A stretch of DNA of 64,000 nt. Source: Macrostomum lignano (taxonomy: Eukaryota). Of this stretch, positions 49,464-64,000 are shown piece after piece (the stretch's first letter is position 1; the number at the start of each line of letters is the position of its first letter). Both the position numbers and the translations under genes were made by a program. The stretch spans positions 62,001 to 126,000 of the forward strand of contig NIVC01002309.1 of NCBI GenBank assembly GCA_002269645.1. Reading direction: 5' to 3'. The notes under the pieces were generated by a model. It had not been told where the DNA came from and ran no database searches. It saw only the letters and a list, made by a program, of their open reading frames with translations.

Positions 49464-50762
49464 ATGGCCAAAGGAGTTAGCTTCAGCTCTGACACTCGCT
49501 TCAGATCGAAGCTAGCCCAGAACCCGAACGAGGAGAGCGAAGGCAGCGAGTCTGACGACGAGAGCGAGCCAGACGATTCAGAAGAGGAGGCGGCGGCAGC
49601 GGCGGCCGCTGCCGCAGCAGCCGAGAAGCTTCATTCAAAAAAGCAGCAGAAAAAGAAATCGAAGCATAAACCGGACGATCCAGCAAAGAAACACCTTCGA
49701 TTCTCGTCGCAGCGACATCAGCAGCACAAAGTGCAGCGAAGTTTCTCTCTGGTACCAGAAAGACTTGGCCGCGGCGGCCTTGGCGGTTCGATGCAAACCC
49801 AGCGGCACATGCAAATCTGCGAGGCGGTCATGAAGGTCCTGATCCTCGCTTTGATTGCCGTCACCTTTCCGTTCTCGTTCATCTTCTGTCTGAGAGTGAT
49901 TGCGCAATACGAACGGGCTGTCATTCTTCGTTTCGGTCGGATTTTGAGCCCGGAAGCGACCGGGCCGGGCCTCATCTTCACCATGCCCTGCATGGACAGC
50001 GTGAAGCGAGTCGACCTCAGAACGATGACGTTCGACGTGCCTACACAGGAGGTTCTGACCAAAGACTCGGTGACTGTGGCCGTAGACGCCGTGGTCTACT
50101 ATCGGATATTCGACCCAGTCATGTCCGTGGTCAACGTTGAAGATTCCAATCGCTCAACGAAGCTGTTAGCGCAGACGACGCTGCGCAACGTTCTCGGCAC
50201 GGTGAGTCTGTACGAACTGCTGGCCGGCCGAGACGAATCCGCCATGGTCATGCAGGAGACTCTCGACGCCGCTACAGACACTTGGGGCGTTAAAGTTGAA
50301 CGCGTCGAGATCAAGGACGTCAGACTGCCAACGCAGCTTCAACGAGCGATGGCAGCCGAGGCGGAAGCTGCGCGAGAGGCCCGAGCCAAGGTCATCGCGG
50401 CCGAAGGCGAGGAGAAAGCCAGCAAAGCGTTGAAAGCCGCCGCTATTGAGCTGTCCGAATGCAACGTTGCCCTGCAGCTGCGCTACCTGCAGACTCTGAG
50501 CAGCATCTCGGCTGAGAAGAATTCCACAATCATCTTCCCGCTACCGATTGAGCTATTGAAGTACTTTCAACAGCAGTCTGCGGACATTGGCGAACCGGAT
50601 GAATTTGTCGGGCAGGGCGACGAGCCGAAGCCTGGAGGTCCTGACGACGCGGAAACTGGGGCATCAGCCGACAACCAGAAACTGCCGCCCCCTCCGTCCT
50701 ATCCGACAATGAGTCGAGGCCCAGATAGCGGCTCCAAGACCAGCTTCGGGTCCGGCTGTTGA
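49464..50762 (+). CDS. STOM: Stomatin / MEC-2-like SPFH (band 7) membrane protein, intronless
   Basis: Hairpin TM segment with VTFPFS proline, YERAVILRFGR..GPGLIFTMPCMD...VDLRT.TFDVP.QEVLTKDSVTV.VDAVVYYRI, LAQTTLRNVLGT, WGVKVERVEIKDV.LP..LQRAMAAEAEAAREARAKVIAAEGE and ALQLRYLQTL..ISAEKNSTIIFPLP. The symbol denotes the family only. Confidence 0.96.
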   Translation: MAKGVSFSSDTRFRSKLAQNPNEESEGSESDDESEPDDSEEEAAAAAAAAAAAEKLHSKKQQKKKSKHKPDDPAKKHLRFSSQRHQQHKVQRSFSLVPERLGRGGLGGSMQTQRHMQICEAVMKVLILALIAVTFPFSFIFCLRVIAQYERAVILRFGRILSPEATGPGLIFTMPCMDSVKRVDLRTMTFDVPTQEVLTKDSVTVAVDAVVYYRIFDPVMSVVNVEDSNRSTKLLAQTTLRNVLGTVSLYELLAGRDESAMVMQETLDAATDTWGVKVERVEIKDVRLPTQLQRAMAAEAEAAREARAKVIAAEGEEKASKALKAAAIELSECNVALQLRYLQTLSSISAEKNSTIIFPLPIELLKYFQQQSADIGEPDEFVGQGDEPKPGGPDDAETGASADNQKLPPPPSYPTMSRGPDSGSKTSFGSGC

Positions 50763-52169
50763 AGGTCGTTGCGATCAACTGTCGAACAAACTTTGACAAC
50801 GTTTGTAGCAGAGACACTGGGAGCGTTCTTCATCTCTGAGTCTCTCTTCATGTGCGATTATTTTCCCAGAGGCATCGAACCGCATCAACGTGTATTTTTG
50901 TATTGTTCTATCGCATCTATTATCTGGGTTAATGTAGCTTTTTACAGCATAGTTAGGCCACAGTTCTGTGGTTAGGCCGGCACCATAGATGGAGAATTGA
51001 ATTTGTCTATGGTTAAAATGTCCTTGGTCGCAATGACAGACTTTGCGAGCGCGTCTGCTTGGATTAAATTCAGTGTAACTGTATCTTTATGATCGTGTTT
51101 TATTCTCTTTTAAAATAAATTTACGTCTATTTGGCATATTACGAGTATTTGATGTGTCCAGTTGAATTCTCGTCAGTCTGTACTTTCTCAGCTCTGCTCT
51201 GCGTGAAATTGGCCTAATAATTCGGCATTGAATTAATTTTATTTCCATTGTCTAATGTTTATCGACTCGTCTAATTTCACCACGCGATAAAAAAATTAAT
51301 TTCCAGCGTCTATACTCCTGCATAACTATTCGATTCGTCTGTAAAAAACCTGTATTATTAAACCATTCGCGTTATTTTTAACAAAATACTTATATCAATA
51401 TAAGTTATACCTACTATACATTTACAACAGATAGCATTGTTGTTAATTATTTATCCAAACTAGACACGCAATATACAATAAACGCAAGATGAAAAATGCA
51501 CACATGATTTATAGACGAATCTTCTTGGTGTTTGACTGCACTAGCATCACTTTTCATAGAAAACTGGAGTAGAGGGGCGCTGTGCTCCAGTTTCTTGGAG
51601 AAAACTTGAGGCCAGTAAGGTTATGCATATTTTTCTATTATCTACGTAAATTTTCTTAGAAATTAGCTCTGTTCCAAACTGGCCTTCAGCTTTTTTTCTA
51701 ATAAAATCAAGTCTAGCATCATTCTACTTCAGTTGTTCATCCATCTCTCTGAACTAGAGTTCCGGTAAGCATGGGTTGATTGACTGTTCATTCTAAAAAT
51801 AGATCTCTCTATAGCCTCTTTTGTCTTCGCAGTGTCGCCGTTCCCAACCATTGTGCCTCATGCAGTTCTTCCCCTTTCGCCATCATCTATTTCCAACTCT
51901 CTAGTGCTCTACACAATCTACCCCTGGCAGAGTGAAGTCAGAGAAGAATAAAAGAGGAAAGTTGTTCAGTAGAGAGAGGGAGCGGGAAGAAGCTTTCCCG
52001 TCCTCATTTTATTGATTGCTTCGATTGCAGTCACCTGACGCGCTGTTCTGAAAGGCTCTGAGTTGGGTGGAGTAAAACCCATAGTGCTTCTTTACATTTG
52101 GTTGCTTTTGTTCTGGGTTCATGACTTGAGCCTGTTTTTAGCTGCTTCCGTATCAAAATACGTACATAG

Positions 52170-52830
52170 AGTGTCAGAGCCATCTCTTTGGGTGTCAGGG
52201 CATCTCTTTGGGTGTCAGGGCATCTCTTTGGGTGTCAGGGCATCTCTTTGGGTGTCAGGGCATCTCTTTGGGTGTCAGGGCATCTCTTTGAGTATCAGAG
52301 CCATCTCTTTGGGTGTCAGGGCATCTCTTTGGGTGTCAGGGCATCTCTTTGAATGTCAGAGGCATCTCTTTGGGTGTCAGGGCATCTCTTTGGGTGTCAG
52401 GGCATCTCTTTGAATGTCAGAGGCATCTCTTTGGGTGTCAGGGCATCTCTTTGGGTGTCAGGGCATCTCTTTGGGTGTCAGGGCATCTCTTTGGGTGTCA
52501 GAAGCATCGCTTTGGGTGTCAGGGCATCTCTTTGGGTGTCGGAAGCATCGCTTTGGGTGTCAGGGCATCTCTTTGGGTGTCAGGGCATCTCTTTGGGTGT
52601 CAGGGCATCTCTTTGGGTGTCAGGGCATCTCTTTGGGTGTCAGGGCATCTCTTTGGGTGTCAGGGCCATCTCTTTGGGTGTCAGGGCATCTCTTTGGGTG
52701 TCAGGGCATCTCTTTGGGTGTCAGGGCATCTCTTTGGGTGTCAGAAGCATCGCTTTGAATGTCAGAAGCATCGCTTTGAATGTCAGAAGCATCGCTTTGA
52801 ATGTCAGAAGCGTCGCTTTGAATGTCAAGG
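52170..52830. repeat. 20-bp minisatellite (GGGCATCTCTTTGGGTGTCA)n
   Basis: About 33 tandem units. Confidence 0.96.
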
Positions 52831-53359
52831 AGTGAGTTTAAGGAGGGAATCAGGAGCCGTATACACTTAGGACTGCTACCTAAATGAAGCCCTTCCTCCC
52901 AGAATCCCTTAAAAATCCATCCTTGGTCTGCATTGTCTATTGCAACTGGCAAAACATCTAAAAAATATGATAGCATTTATGAATAAATATCTGTGTTTAT
53001 TACCCCAAAACTGAACAGCTTAATGTAATGGTTGCAGCCTTAGTCTGCATACAATGCTTGCATCAAATGCAAATTCAATAGCATCAACCAGGATCAATTG
53101 CATGCCTCATAAACTGAATAGCGCAACCTGGGGATATGGGCAGCTTTAATAATTAATGACTGCGCAACCGACCCCATGCAAGTGGAGCGTCCGCTGCTCT
53201 TCAACCAGCCAGACCAATTGACTAACTTTAATTTCAACTCACTCCTGTTCCAAAGATTGCTTCGGTGCAGAAGGGTTGCTCGGTAAGGTTTCATTGATTC
53301 CACTGCGTTGCTTATTACTCGTAAATTAGATATAAGAAAAAGGAAATTCAAGTCTAGTT

Positions 53360-54780
<1,421 letters not shown>

Positions 54781-55389
54781 ATGAGGTTCATTCCTTCGTT
54801 CAGATCGAAACATAGAAATTTCAGCTATGCAGTTTCCACACCGGAAAGTGTAAAAAAGTTGAAAAGGCTTGCAGACACGCTGAGGTTCCCTTAGCGACCA
54901 TCAATCACAGCAAGTCCACTCCTCCGCTATCGAAAATAACATGATTGAATCGCGTGTGAGTCAGGATTGAACCGTTCGCTAAGAAATTTCACCGCATTTG
55001 CTACGGGTGTGCTTCAAGGGGATTTAGAAAGATGTGTCTGCTCCATCATTCTCCCAAGCTCCTAAAGAATTGTTGCTAGGCCGCTAGAAAATCCCTTTAA
55101 AGTCCTTCAAATATTATTCAGGGAAGGGTATTGCGGATTGAGAACAGATGTCCCTCAGACAGCTTTGCTGCATTCCTACTGAAATTCGAGACATCTTTTC
55201 GGACTTTGCTATTTCACTGTGTGTCTGAAAACTTTCAATGGAATTTATTTGATTGCTTGGCATAAATTTTTGCTTCCTGTTAGCGAGTAGGAAGTAAGAA
55301 TGAAGGTATAGAAAGGTCACTGCCTAAGCCTCTACCAATATTGCGAAAATATTAGATAAAACATAAAGTCGTAAGATATTTTTGGGTAG

Positions 55390-55740
55390 GTAAATAGATA
55401 GATAGGTAGGTAGATAGATAGATAAATAGATAGGTAGGTAGGTAGATAGATAGATAGGTAGGTAGATAGATAGATAGGTAGGTAGGTAGATAGATAGGTA
55501 GGTAGGTAGATAGATAGGTAGGTAGGTAGATAGATAGATAAATATATAGATAGATAGGTAGGTAGACAGGTACTCGTAGGTAGGTATATAGATCGGTAGT
55601 TAGGTGGATAGATAGGTAGGTGGATAGGTAGATAGGTAGATAGGTAGTCAGGTAGGTAGATATGTAGATAGGTAAGTGGATAAGTAGTCAGGTAGGTAGG
55701 TAAGTAGGTAGGTAGATAGGTAGGTAGCAGTTAGGTACGA
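55390..55740. repeat. Degenerate (AGGT/AGAT)n microsatellite
   Basis: Directly visible. Confidence 0.9.
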
Positions 55741-56555
55741 GTTAGGGTAGGTTGGTAGGAGAGCAGACAAAGTAGGCAACGAACCTTCTTGGTGCGCCTC
55801 ATCCCTAATGCCGGGATGGTGTGGAGACTCTGCATTGGTGAGAAAATCCAGCTAGGAGATAATCAGTCATGAGAAGGCAAATCCAGAACCTTTACGGTCT
55901 CCCGAATCCCCTCCCTTAAGCCAACTGTTTCCCTTGAAAATGCGACGAAAGATCATCCATTTTCATCTGTCAAAAGCGGAGCAGGAGAAGAGAAGTCAGG
56001 CAGCGTGGCCAGGGGGACACCCAGAGAGATACGCTAGTAGAAGGCTGTCATTTAAATCGATCACCCCGGCAACCCCACCTCAAACCACCCCAATGCCAGT
56101 CGCTAGAGTGAGGAAGATGAGGCTAAGGATTTGGGGTGGGAGGAAGAGAAAGGGGGATTCGAGCCTGACTGGAGGGGAAGCCGCACGAGCGAACGAGCCG
56201 GGACAGACGCTGGGCCATGGCGGGTGGTTACCATGGCTTATTAAAGAAAATCAATTTTATATCTCCGTCGACTGCTTGCTCAGTAGTAGCGGCAGCAGGC
56301 AGTTAGTTAGTCAGCCAGACCGTTGCAAGTGAAGTATAAAATCAAGTCTTGCCGATCAATCTTTCGACCTTTAATTATTAGTTATATAGATTAAAGTAAA
56401 CAAATGATAATGGGGGAGGCAGTGGGTTGCTAGGTAATTGAGTAATGAGTACAGTTTATAAAATAAATATATCAAATCGGGCAGGTCTGATAAGAAGAGA
56501 GAGCTTGAGTAAGAGATAATGGGAGGGAGGGAGTGAGAGTGAAGTAGATGAGAAC

Positions 56556-57020
<465 letters not shown>

Positions 57021-57569
57021 AATGCCAGAGAAGTACGATAGCAGAGTGAGCTTGTGAAGCATTGACTTGAGCAGGGGACATAGTTCCCCTGCACCTGAGC
57101 TGCGCCCCACCCACTAAAGAAAGAAGTCGCCCTCAAGCAACAGCTGTCCCAAGCAACTGTAAAAGTAAAAGTTGGTAACCGGATCTCCTGCATTCCTCTC
57201 TCCTCAGCCAGTTGCATTCCAAGTTCTCAAGGTCATAAATACCTAGTCAAGCCTGTTTTTTTTCTAGTAACCTTTTTCAGACTCAAATTTTTCTTGCCAA
57301 AGCTTTTAAAATTGCTTTTGAGGCCGCTGAGCTTCACTTCTAGGAGTAAACAGCGCAGCCCAGACATGCAGACATGCAGCTACCCCTTTTCTATCATTCC
57401 TCAAAGCAGACTCAAAGCTGTTTTTTCTTTTAACCTGTAGCTCTGTGTCTCTATGCAACCTGTCATGCACGGTATATAAGGGGTCGAAAATGAAATTAAT
57501 ACCTGAGACTGAAAATGGCTTGTGAATTATAAATTAATTGAGAGTAGATTAATAAGAAAGAGTGAGAAA

Positions 57570-57760
57570 TAGCAGAGAAGTTGAGAGAGATAGAGAGAAA
57601 TAGAAGAGAGGTAGAGAGGGATACAGTGAGAAATAGAAGAGAGGTAGAGAGTGATAGAGAATGAGAAATAGAAGAGAGGTAGAGAGTGATAGAGAATGAG
57701 AAATAGAAGAGAGGTAGAGAGTGATAGAGAATGAGAAATAAAAGAGAGGAAAAGAGAGAT
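57570..57760. repeat. ~35-bp purine-rich tandem repeat (GAGAAATAGAAGAGAGGTAGAGAGTGATAGAGAAT)
   Basis: About 4-5 units. Confidence 0.85.
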
Positions 57761-58209
57761 AGAGGGTGAGAAGTACGTATAAGAAAGTAGAGAGAAAAAG
57801 TGAAACTATTGGAGAAAACAGACCTCTCCGAAGCCCTAATTCAGAGAACAAGAAGTAAAATTAATTATTCGCAGGTAAGTTCTTAGCTTCAAGCAGTTCT
57901 CGATAATTATTTACTTTTACCTTCCCTTCCATTCCCGTGTTGGCCTTTAGTTAACAGCACCATTTGGGTTTATTTATAATGCATACCTTTGAAGTTGATG
58001 TAGATCAAATACGGACACTGACGCTTGCTTCTTCGAATTGTTGCTAGGAGCTTGGAGGAAATTCTGTGACTGAAAAATTTCCTGCTGCAAATTTAGCTGC
58101 GGAATGGAGTCAACAGCTGACCCACAATAAATCTTACTCGTTCCAGGGCTGAAATTTCAGGTTACACAGATTGCATCAGATAGGACTTTCCTACATCCTA
58201 GCGGAATTG

Positions 58210-58710
58210 CACGGGAGTCACGTGACCTCCCTTAGTCCTTTTGTAATTTAGCGGAGGTCATGTGACCACCTGAAATTCTTTTAAAGTCAAACCTAGGTCA
58301 CCGGATCACTCTGAATCCTCTCGAGATAAAAACCAAATAGGGGTCATGTGACCTCCCCTAAAACTATCGAAATCAAGCAGGGTCATATGACCACCCGAAT
58401 TCTTTTTCGAATAACAATAAAGGTTATGTTACCTCTAAAATTTTCAATTGGCCTCCGGCAGGGGTCACGTGACCACCTAAAATATATAATCAACAGTAAT
58501 CACGTGAGTGACCTGTTTGAATCTTATTGATAGTAAAGAGGAGTCACGTGACCCCCCAACAATACATAATCAACAGTGATCACGTGACCTATTTGAATCC
58601 TATTGATAGTAAACAAGAGTCACGTGACCACCCAAAAAAAACCATAATCAACAGTGATCACGTGACATCCTTGAATGCTATTGACAGTAAACAGGGGTCA
58701 CTTGACCAAC
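58210..58710. repeat. Degenerate tandem repeat carrying ~12 GTCACGTGAC-like (CLEAR/E-box) palindromes
   Basis: Perfect GTCACGTGAC at 58217, 58464, 58543 and 58619. ATCACGTGAC at 58579 and 58657. GTCATGTGAC at 58257 and 58343. Confidence 0.85.
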
Positions 58711-59325
58711 CTAGACCCCCTGAAAGACACGCACTTCCAGTCTCATATGAGAACTTTCTGTGCACAGAATCAGAGCAGTCCAGTGAGGCCCAGCTTACAT
58801 GCAGCCAACGGAAAATGTCCGTCACTCACACCAGTGTCCCTGACCCTCAGCCACCGGCCTTCCTGCCCTCCCCCGCCACCCCTGAGTGTTCGCCGTCCGC
58901 ACAGCAGCAGCTGCAGTGGGGGGGGAGGCAGAGCGGAGCGGCAGCTTCAAGTGGGGCGGCAACTCCAGCACCCCCCAACCCAGGCTCGCTGGGCTTCCAC
59001 CGAGGGCGTCAACCGAGACAGGCAGATGTGCGCAATATTCTCCCAGGCTGTCTCTCCTCGCCCCGGCAGAATTCCCAGCAACTGGGAGCCGCCCCCGAAG
59101 CCAGAACAGATTCCAAGTGGCGGAGAAGAGAAATAGCGGGGTTGCGCACAGGCCATGGCTGGTAATTATACCACTGCAGCTGGCCAAGTCTGTGCCAAAG
59201 TGTAACCCAACCCTTGGGCCTGCCTGTGGCCCACTGACTGGCGGACTCACATTGCTGGGGCTGCAGAAGTCACCGGTAAATATTGGGAAAATAAAAGAGT
59301 GCTTGAATACGGAGGCTGCAGAGAT

Positions 59326-59550
<225 letters not shown>

Positions 59551-61189
59551 CAGGCAGGCAGATGCAGAGGCAGATGCTGAGCAGCTGTATCAACACACCG
59601 AACGGCCCAGTCGTTATTTACCCACGCCGCCAAGCCGGCTAGGAGAGCAAATAGAAATTGGGTTTGCCAGTTGTAACGCAGAAGCTGCGTTAGTTGAAGA
59701 AGAACTGCCACAATTATCTTGTCGCCAGCCTTGTGAATTTTCTTTCACTTTAGAAATCTTTTCTTATTAGTATTCCAGTTGCTGGCGAACTTGTTTAACT
59801 GGGCTATTCCCGGGTTCATATCGTACCGTTTGCAGAAAATGACTAAAAGAGAAGGTGAGATAATTGAAAGCCAAATAAATGTGATGAAGTGTAAAGGTTG
59901 AGGTGGAGAGTGGGATAGAAAGTGAGAGATCGATTGAGAGGGAGAGAGATAGAGAGGGAGAGGGAGATAGAGAGGGAGATAGAGATGGAGAGGGAGAGCA
60001 AGTGAGAGATAGGGAGGGAGAATGAAGAGAGCAGGAAGAGTAGAAGTAGACAGAGAAAAGAAGACAGAGAAGGAGAGAGATGGGAAGAGAGGAGAGTGAA
60101 GGTAGGAGAGGGAAAATTGAAACGAGAGAAAAGAAGGCTGAAGGACAGGAGAGGTTAAAGAAAAAAGAAGAAATCGATTCACTGAAAGCAGAGAATCAGC
60201 AAGGATCAGCCTGGAACAGAGAACACAGCTAGTGCTAAAGGGTTTTTGAAACCACTTTACTTGGCTCTTTTTTCTTTGTAAAAAATCAAATACACCTGTC
60301 AATTACGAATGCCACATCATAAATTTCACTGACCCGCTATTGACGGGACTCAAGACCTCGAACTCGATGTTTTCTGCGTCAGGAAATTTTCTCAAAAGCT
60401 ACACAATCATGTCCGTCTTATGGTTGCTGCTTTTCTGAAGCCGAACAAGCGCCAATCTTGAACACCGGGAAAATTTTGTTTGAAGGAGTCTGTCAAACGC
60501 TCACGGTCGCTTGGGTCTTTCTTTGACCGTCTTTTCAGGCAGAATGCTTCGAGACTAGCTAATTAGTCTCTCCCGGGAGAGTTTCAGACAGAGGATTTTC
60601 CTAGAAAAAATGGAATTACGAGTAATATCTGAGCGGCTTAAAAGGTACTTATTAATTGATGAGTCACCTCCTGTTTGCAGAAGGTCCTGAGACTCTGAAA
60701 TATTTGTAACCTTTATTTAGTCACCATTTTGCTGCTAATTGCTGCTTTTTGCTGATGCAAAACAACTTCATCTCCTTGCTGAGTAGTTGGTGCCTTATCA
60801 TGGCGCTACTCCGGGTTCAAATTAATGTGGCGCCTTCTGGTGTATTTTTGGCGTCATCTCGCGTTTTTTACTCCCCATTAGTTGCAGTTTTGTACTTTTA
60901 TATGCACTTTTAGCTCCGCTTTATGGCGTTTTCCTGAATAGTTTAGTCATAGTTGGATTCATATTTCTAAACTGATTAATGACTTTTTCTCGCTTGATTA
61001 CACCCTGTGCCAATTTTTTGCTTGACTAAGAATTACTAAGCATGAATGCCACTGAATTGATTAATAATGCCCATTTTTGATTGACACTAGCAGTGTTTAA
61101 ATGAGAATTACCTGCTTTAACTTGCTTAGAAATAATTTTAGTCAAACAGGCCATTACTTAGTTAGAATTTACACGCTTCTTTAAAAGAA

Positions 61190-61760
61190 AAGGGGGCAAA
61201 CGTGTGAGGGGTTAGCGGTTTGGGGTGGCGGGAGTACCCTTATCTGCCTCACTCTGTGGGGGTGGGGGCAAGCGTGTAAGGGGTTTGTGGTTTGGGGTGG
61301 CGGGCGTACCATTATCTGCCTTTCGCTGTGGGGGTGGGGGGCACGCATGTGAGGGGTGGGGGGGGCACGCATGCGAGGGGTTAGCGGTTTGGGGTGGCGA
61401 GAGTACCCTTATCTCCTCACTCTGTGGGGGTGGGGGGCAAGCGTGTAAGGGGTTTGTGGTTTGGGGTGGCGGGCGTACCCTTATCTCCTCACTCTGTGGG
61501 GGTTGGGGGCACGCATGTGAGGGGTTTGTGGTTTGGGGTGGCGGGCGTACCCTTATCTCCTCACTCTGTGGAGGTGGGGGGCACGCATGTGAGGGGTTTG
61601 TGGTTTGGGGTGGCGGGCGTAGCCTTATCTCCTCACTCTGTGGAGGTGGGGGCAAACGTGTAAGGGGTTTGTGGTTTGGGGTGGCGGGCGTACCCTTATT
61701 TGCCTCTCGCTGTGGGGGTGGAGGGCACGCATGTGAGGGGTTTGTGGGCGTGCCTTTGCC
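61190..61760. repeat. G-rich ~72-bp minisatellite
   Basis: The unit GGGGTTTGTGGTTTGGGGTGGCGGGCGTACCCTTATCTCCTCACTCTGTGGGGGTGGGGGGCACGCATGTGA repeats about 8 times. Confidence 0.93.
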
Positions 61761-62649
61761 CGCCTCTTTTAGATACTAGCTTAAATCAAATTAATCTTAA
61801 TGCATCGCACTTAGGATTCCGCCATATGTAAATGAGTACATTTCTTACAGTGCGATCGCCGGAAAGAGTCCACTCATATATTTTTTTTATTGCTGAAGAT
61901 GGCCTATATATAGTATGCAAAAATTAATAATGAGAAGCGGCGTTTCTCTGTGCTTCGTCGAGATTTCGAAGCGTGGGCTTGGGGCATTACGGTACTGCGG
62001 GTTGGTCTGATGGAGAAAGCGAGCGAGCGAGTGGAGGGTAGGATGAAGTGAAGAGTCACACAGAGAGGAGGAGAGAGCGGTGGCAGTAGGACGGCAGCTC
62101 CGCTTGAGTGGGCACTTTAGTCGAGTCCCCGACCAGGCCTGAATAAAGCACCGAAGCACCCCCTCTCCCACGCGGATGCGAATATCTCGAGGGAGCTTGT
62201 ACATGTAAGCTACGGTGGCTTTACCTCCACTTATTCAACTGCAACTACGAGCTAACCCAGTCTTCTCGCCCGGCTTATTGCCCCGAAAAAGGGGGTAGAG
62301 GATTTATTCCGGTACGGCCATTCTCCCTCTCGCCTCTTCCTTCTAATCCGGTAGCCTCTAAACCCCGAGTTTCACAGCCTCCCCCTACATGCACATACAT
62401 GCTGTATGGCCTCTCAATGTATTGCGAAGCTCGTCCTGATCTTCGTGCAGCACCTTTCTTCTTTTATATATACCTGCGTTATAAGTATATGGACTCCTGT
62501 TTTGCTGGTCACGCAAGCCAGAGAGTCAATTTTTTCTCGGCCTTGAAGCTTCCGCAGCTTTCTGCAAATAATTTTATCAGCACGAAATCAAAAACAAGAT
62601 TTTATTTTTTTATTTCTGATCCGCTTTATAATAACTCAAATTGCAGTGC

Positions 62650-62820
62650 ACACCAGGCTAATGGGATCTCTAATTAGGGATTAACACCAGGCTAATGGGA
62701 TCTCTAATTAGGGATTAACACCAGGCTAATGGGATCTCTAATTAGGGATTAACACCAGGCTAATGGGATCTCTAATTAGGGATTAACACCAGGCTAATGG
62801 GATCTCTAATTTGGGACTAA
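62650..62820. repeat. 34-bp tandem repeat (CACCAGGCTAATGGGATCTCTAATTAGGGATTAA) x5
   Basis: Units start at 62651, 62685, 62719, 62753 and 62787. Confidence 0.95.
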
Positions 62821-63329
62821 TACCTGGGTGATGATATTTCTAAATGATAACGAATAAGCTTTGACTTTTAGATTTACACGATTTCAAAACTACCAGCTGT
62901 CTTTCGAGAAACTGCGGTCACTAACCGCAACCAATTTTGCTTAACTAGTAATTTTGACAACGAATACGCCAAACGGATTGAATTAGTGACCCTAAAATTA
63001 TTAACTTTGTAGAGTTTTACATTTTTGGTCACGTTGAACATTGAAACCTACAGCTACTGGTTAATTCCATTAGCATCTTAGCCTCGCCACCTCGGCCAAG
63101 CGCAAATTAGTGCTATGGCGTGAAGTTGACAGCCCAATGCATTAGGGAAGTGGGGGGGGGGGGTGAGGAGAGAGAGGCGCTCAATCTGCGATATTGGAAC
63201 TGGCGGATGCGATGACCTCGCGGTTCTCCCGCGCATTCTGTCTGTCTTGTTGTGCGCGGAATCCGCCCGATATCTGTCCGCTCCGGTTTAATATTTGTAC
63301 TGGGGACTTGGCCGGCTCATAATGACAGT

Positions 63330-63700
<371 letters not shown>

Positions 63701-64000
63701 TGTGTTCCTGCCTCTGTTTCTATCTGGAGGCTTGGCAAGAACATAAGATCGGAAAGGACACAAAAATGCAAAAAATAAATTGGACAAAACTACAGATTAA
63801 ACCAAGACCCATGGATACAAAGACTCCAAGTCACAACAGCAGAAGGTCAGACAGTGTACATGTCGACACCTTGACAGATCCCACAGATCTCACAATCAAA
63901 ATACGCATAAACATCTCTATATATTGTCAGGCGCAATATCCCAGCTACTCAAGCCACCCTCAGCTCCGGTACCGCCGGTACAGCTCTCTCAACCCGGAAA

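Noticed and set aside
52063-52870. ORFs with GCQGISLGVRASLWVSGHLF repeats
   Set aside because: They are translations of a 20-bp minisatellite.
57050-57470. Possible decayed LINE endonuclease N-terminus on the minus strand (LRTWNATG...WDSCCLRAT)
   Set aside because: Only vague similarity across stops and frameshifts. It needs a profile search.

Overview
This is eukaryotic (invertebrate animal) genomic DNA. The simple-repeat load, poly-Q/A/H proteins and GT-AG introns resemble a flatworm such as Macrostomum, but the species is unverified. Three host genes are well supported. (1) A 3-coding-exon TBC1D12/14-type Rab-GAP on the minus strand (11747->2051, about 618 aa). (2) A 5-coding-exon class IIa histone deacetylase (HDAC4/5/7-like) on the minus strand (25422->17203, about 913 aa), which keeps the catalytic Tyr. 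(3) An intronless stomatin/MEC-2-like gene on the plus strand (49464-50762). All exon phases were checked by hand and join in frame. Each coding-region intron of both spliced genes carries its own tandem repeat. Two arrays appear seeded from the splice donor, one pair is inverted around a symmetric exon, and one is packed with sense-strand AATAAA. Mobile DNA includes five or six short hAT-type non-autonomous elements with 8-bp TSDs (one nested), a decayed RTE-like LINE, and a Penelope-like 3' fragment with GIY-YIG domain and a hammerhead-ribozyme motif. The last 12 kb is mostly micro- and minisatellite, with an unexplained 222-bp direct-repeat cassette and a cluster of CLEAR/E-box motifs. There is no CRISPR array and no rRNA or tRNA gene that I could recognise. 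Copy numbers are approximate manual estimates.
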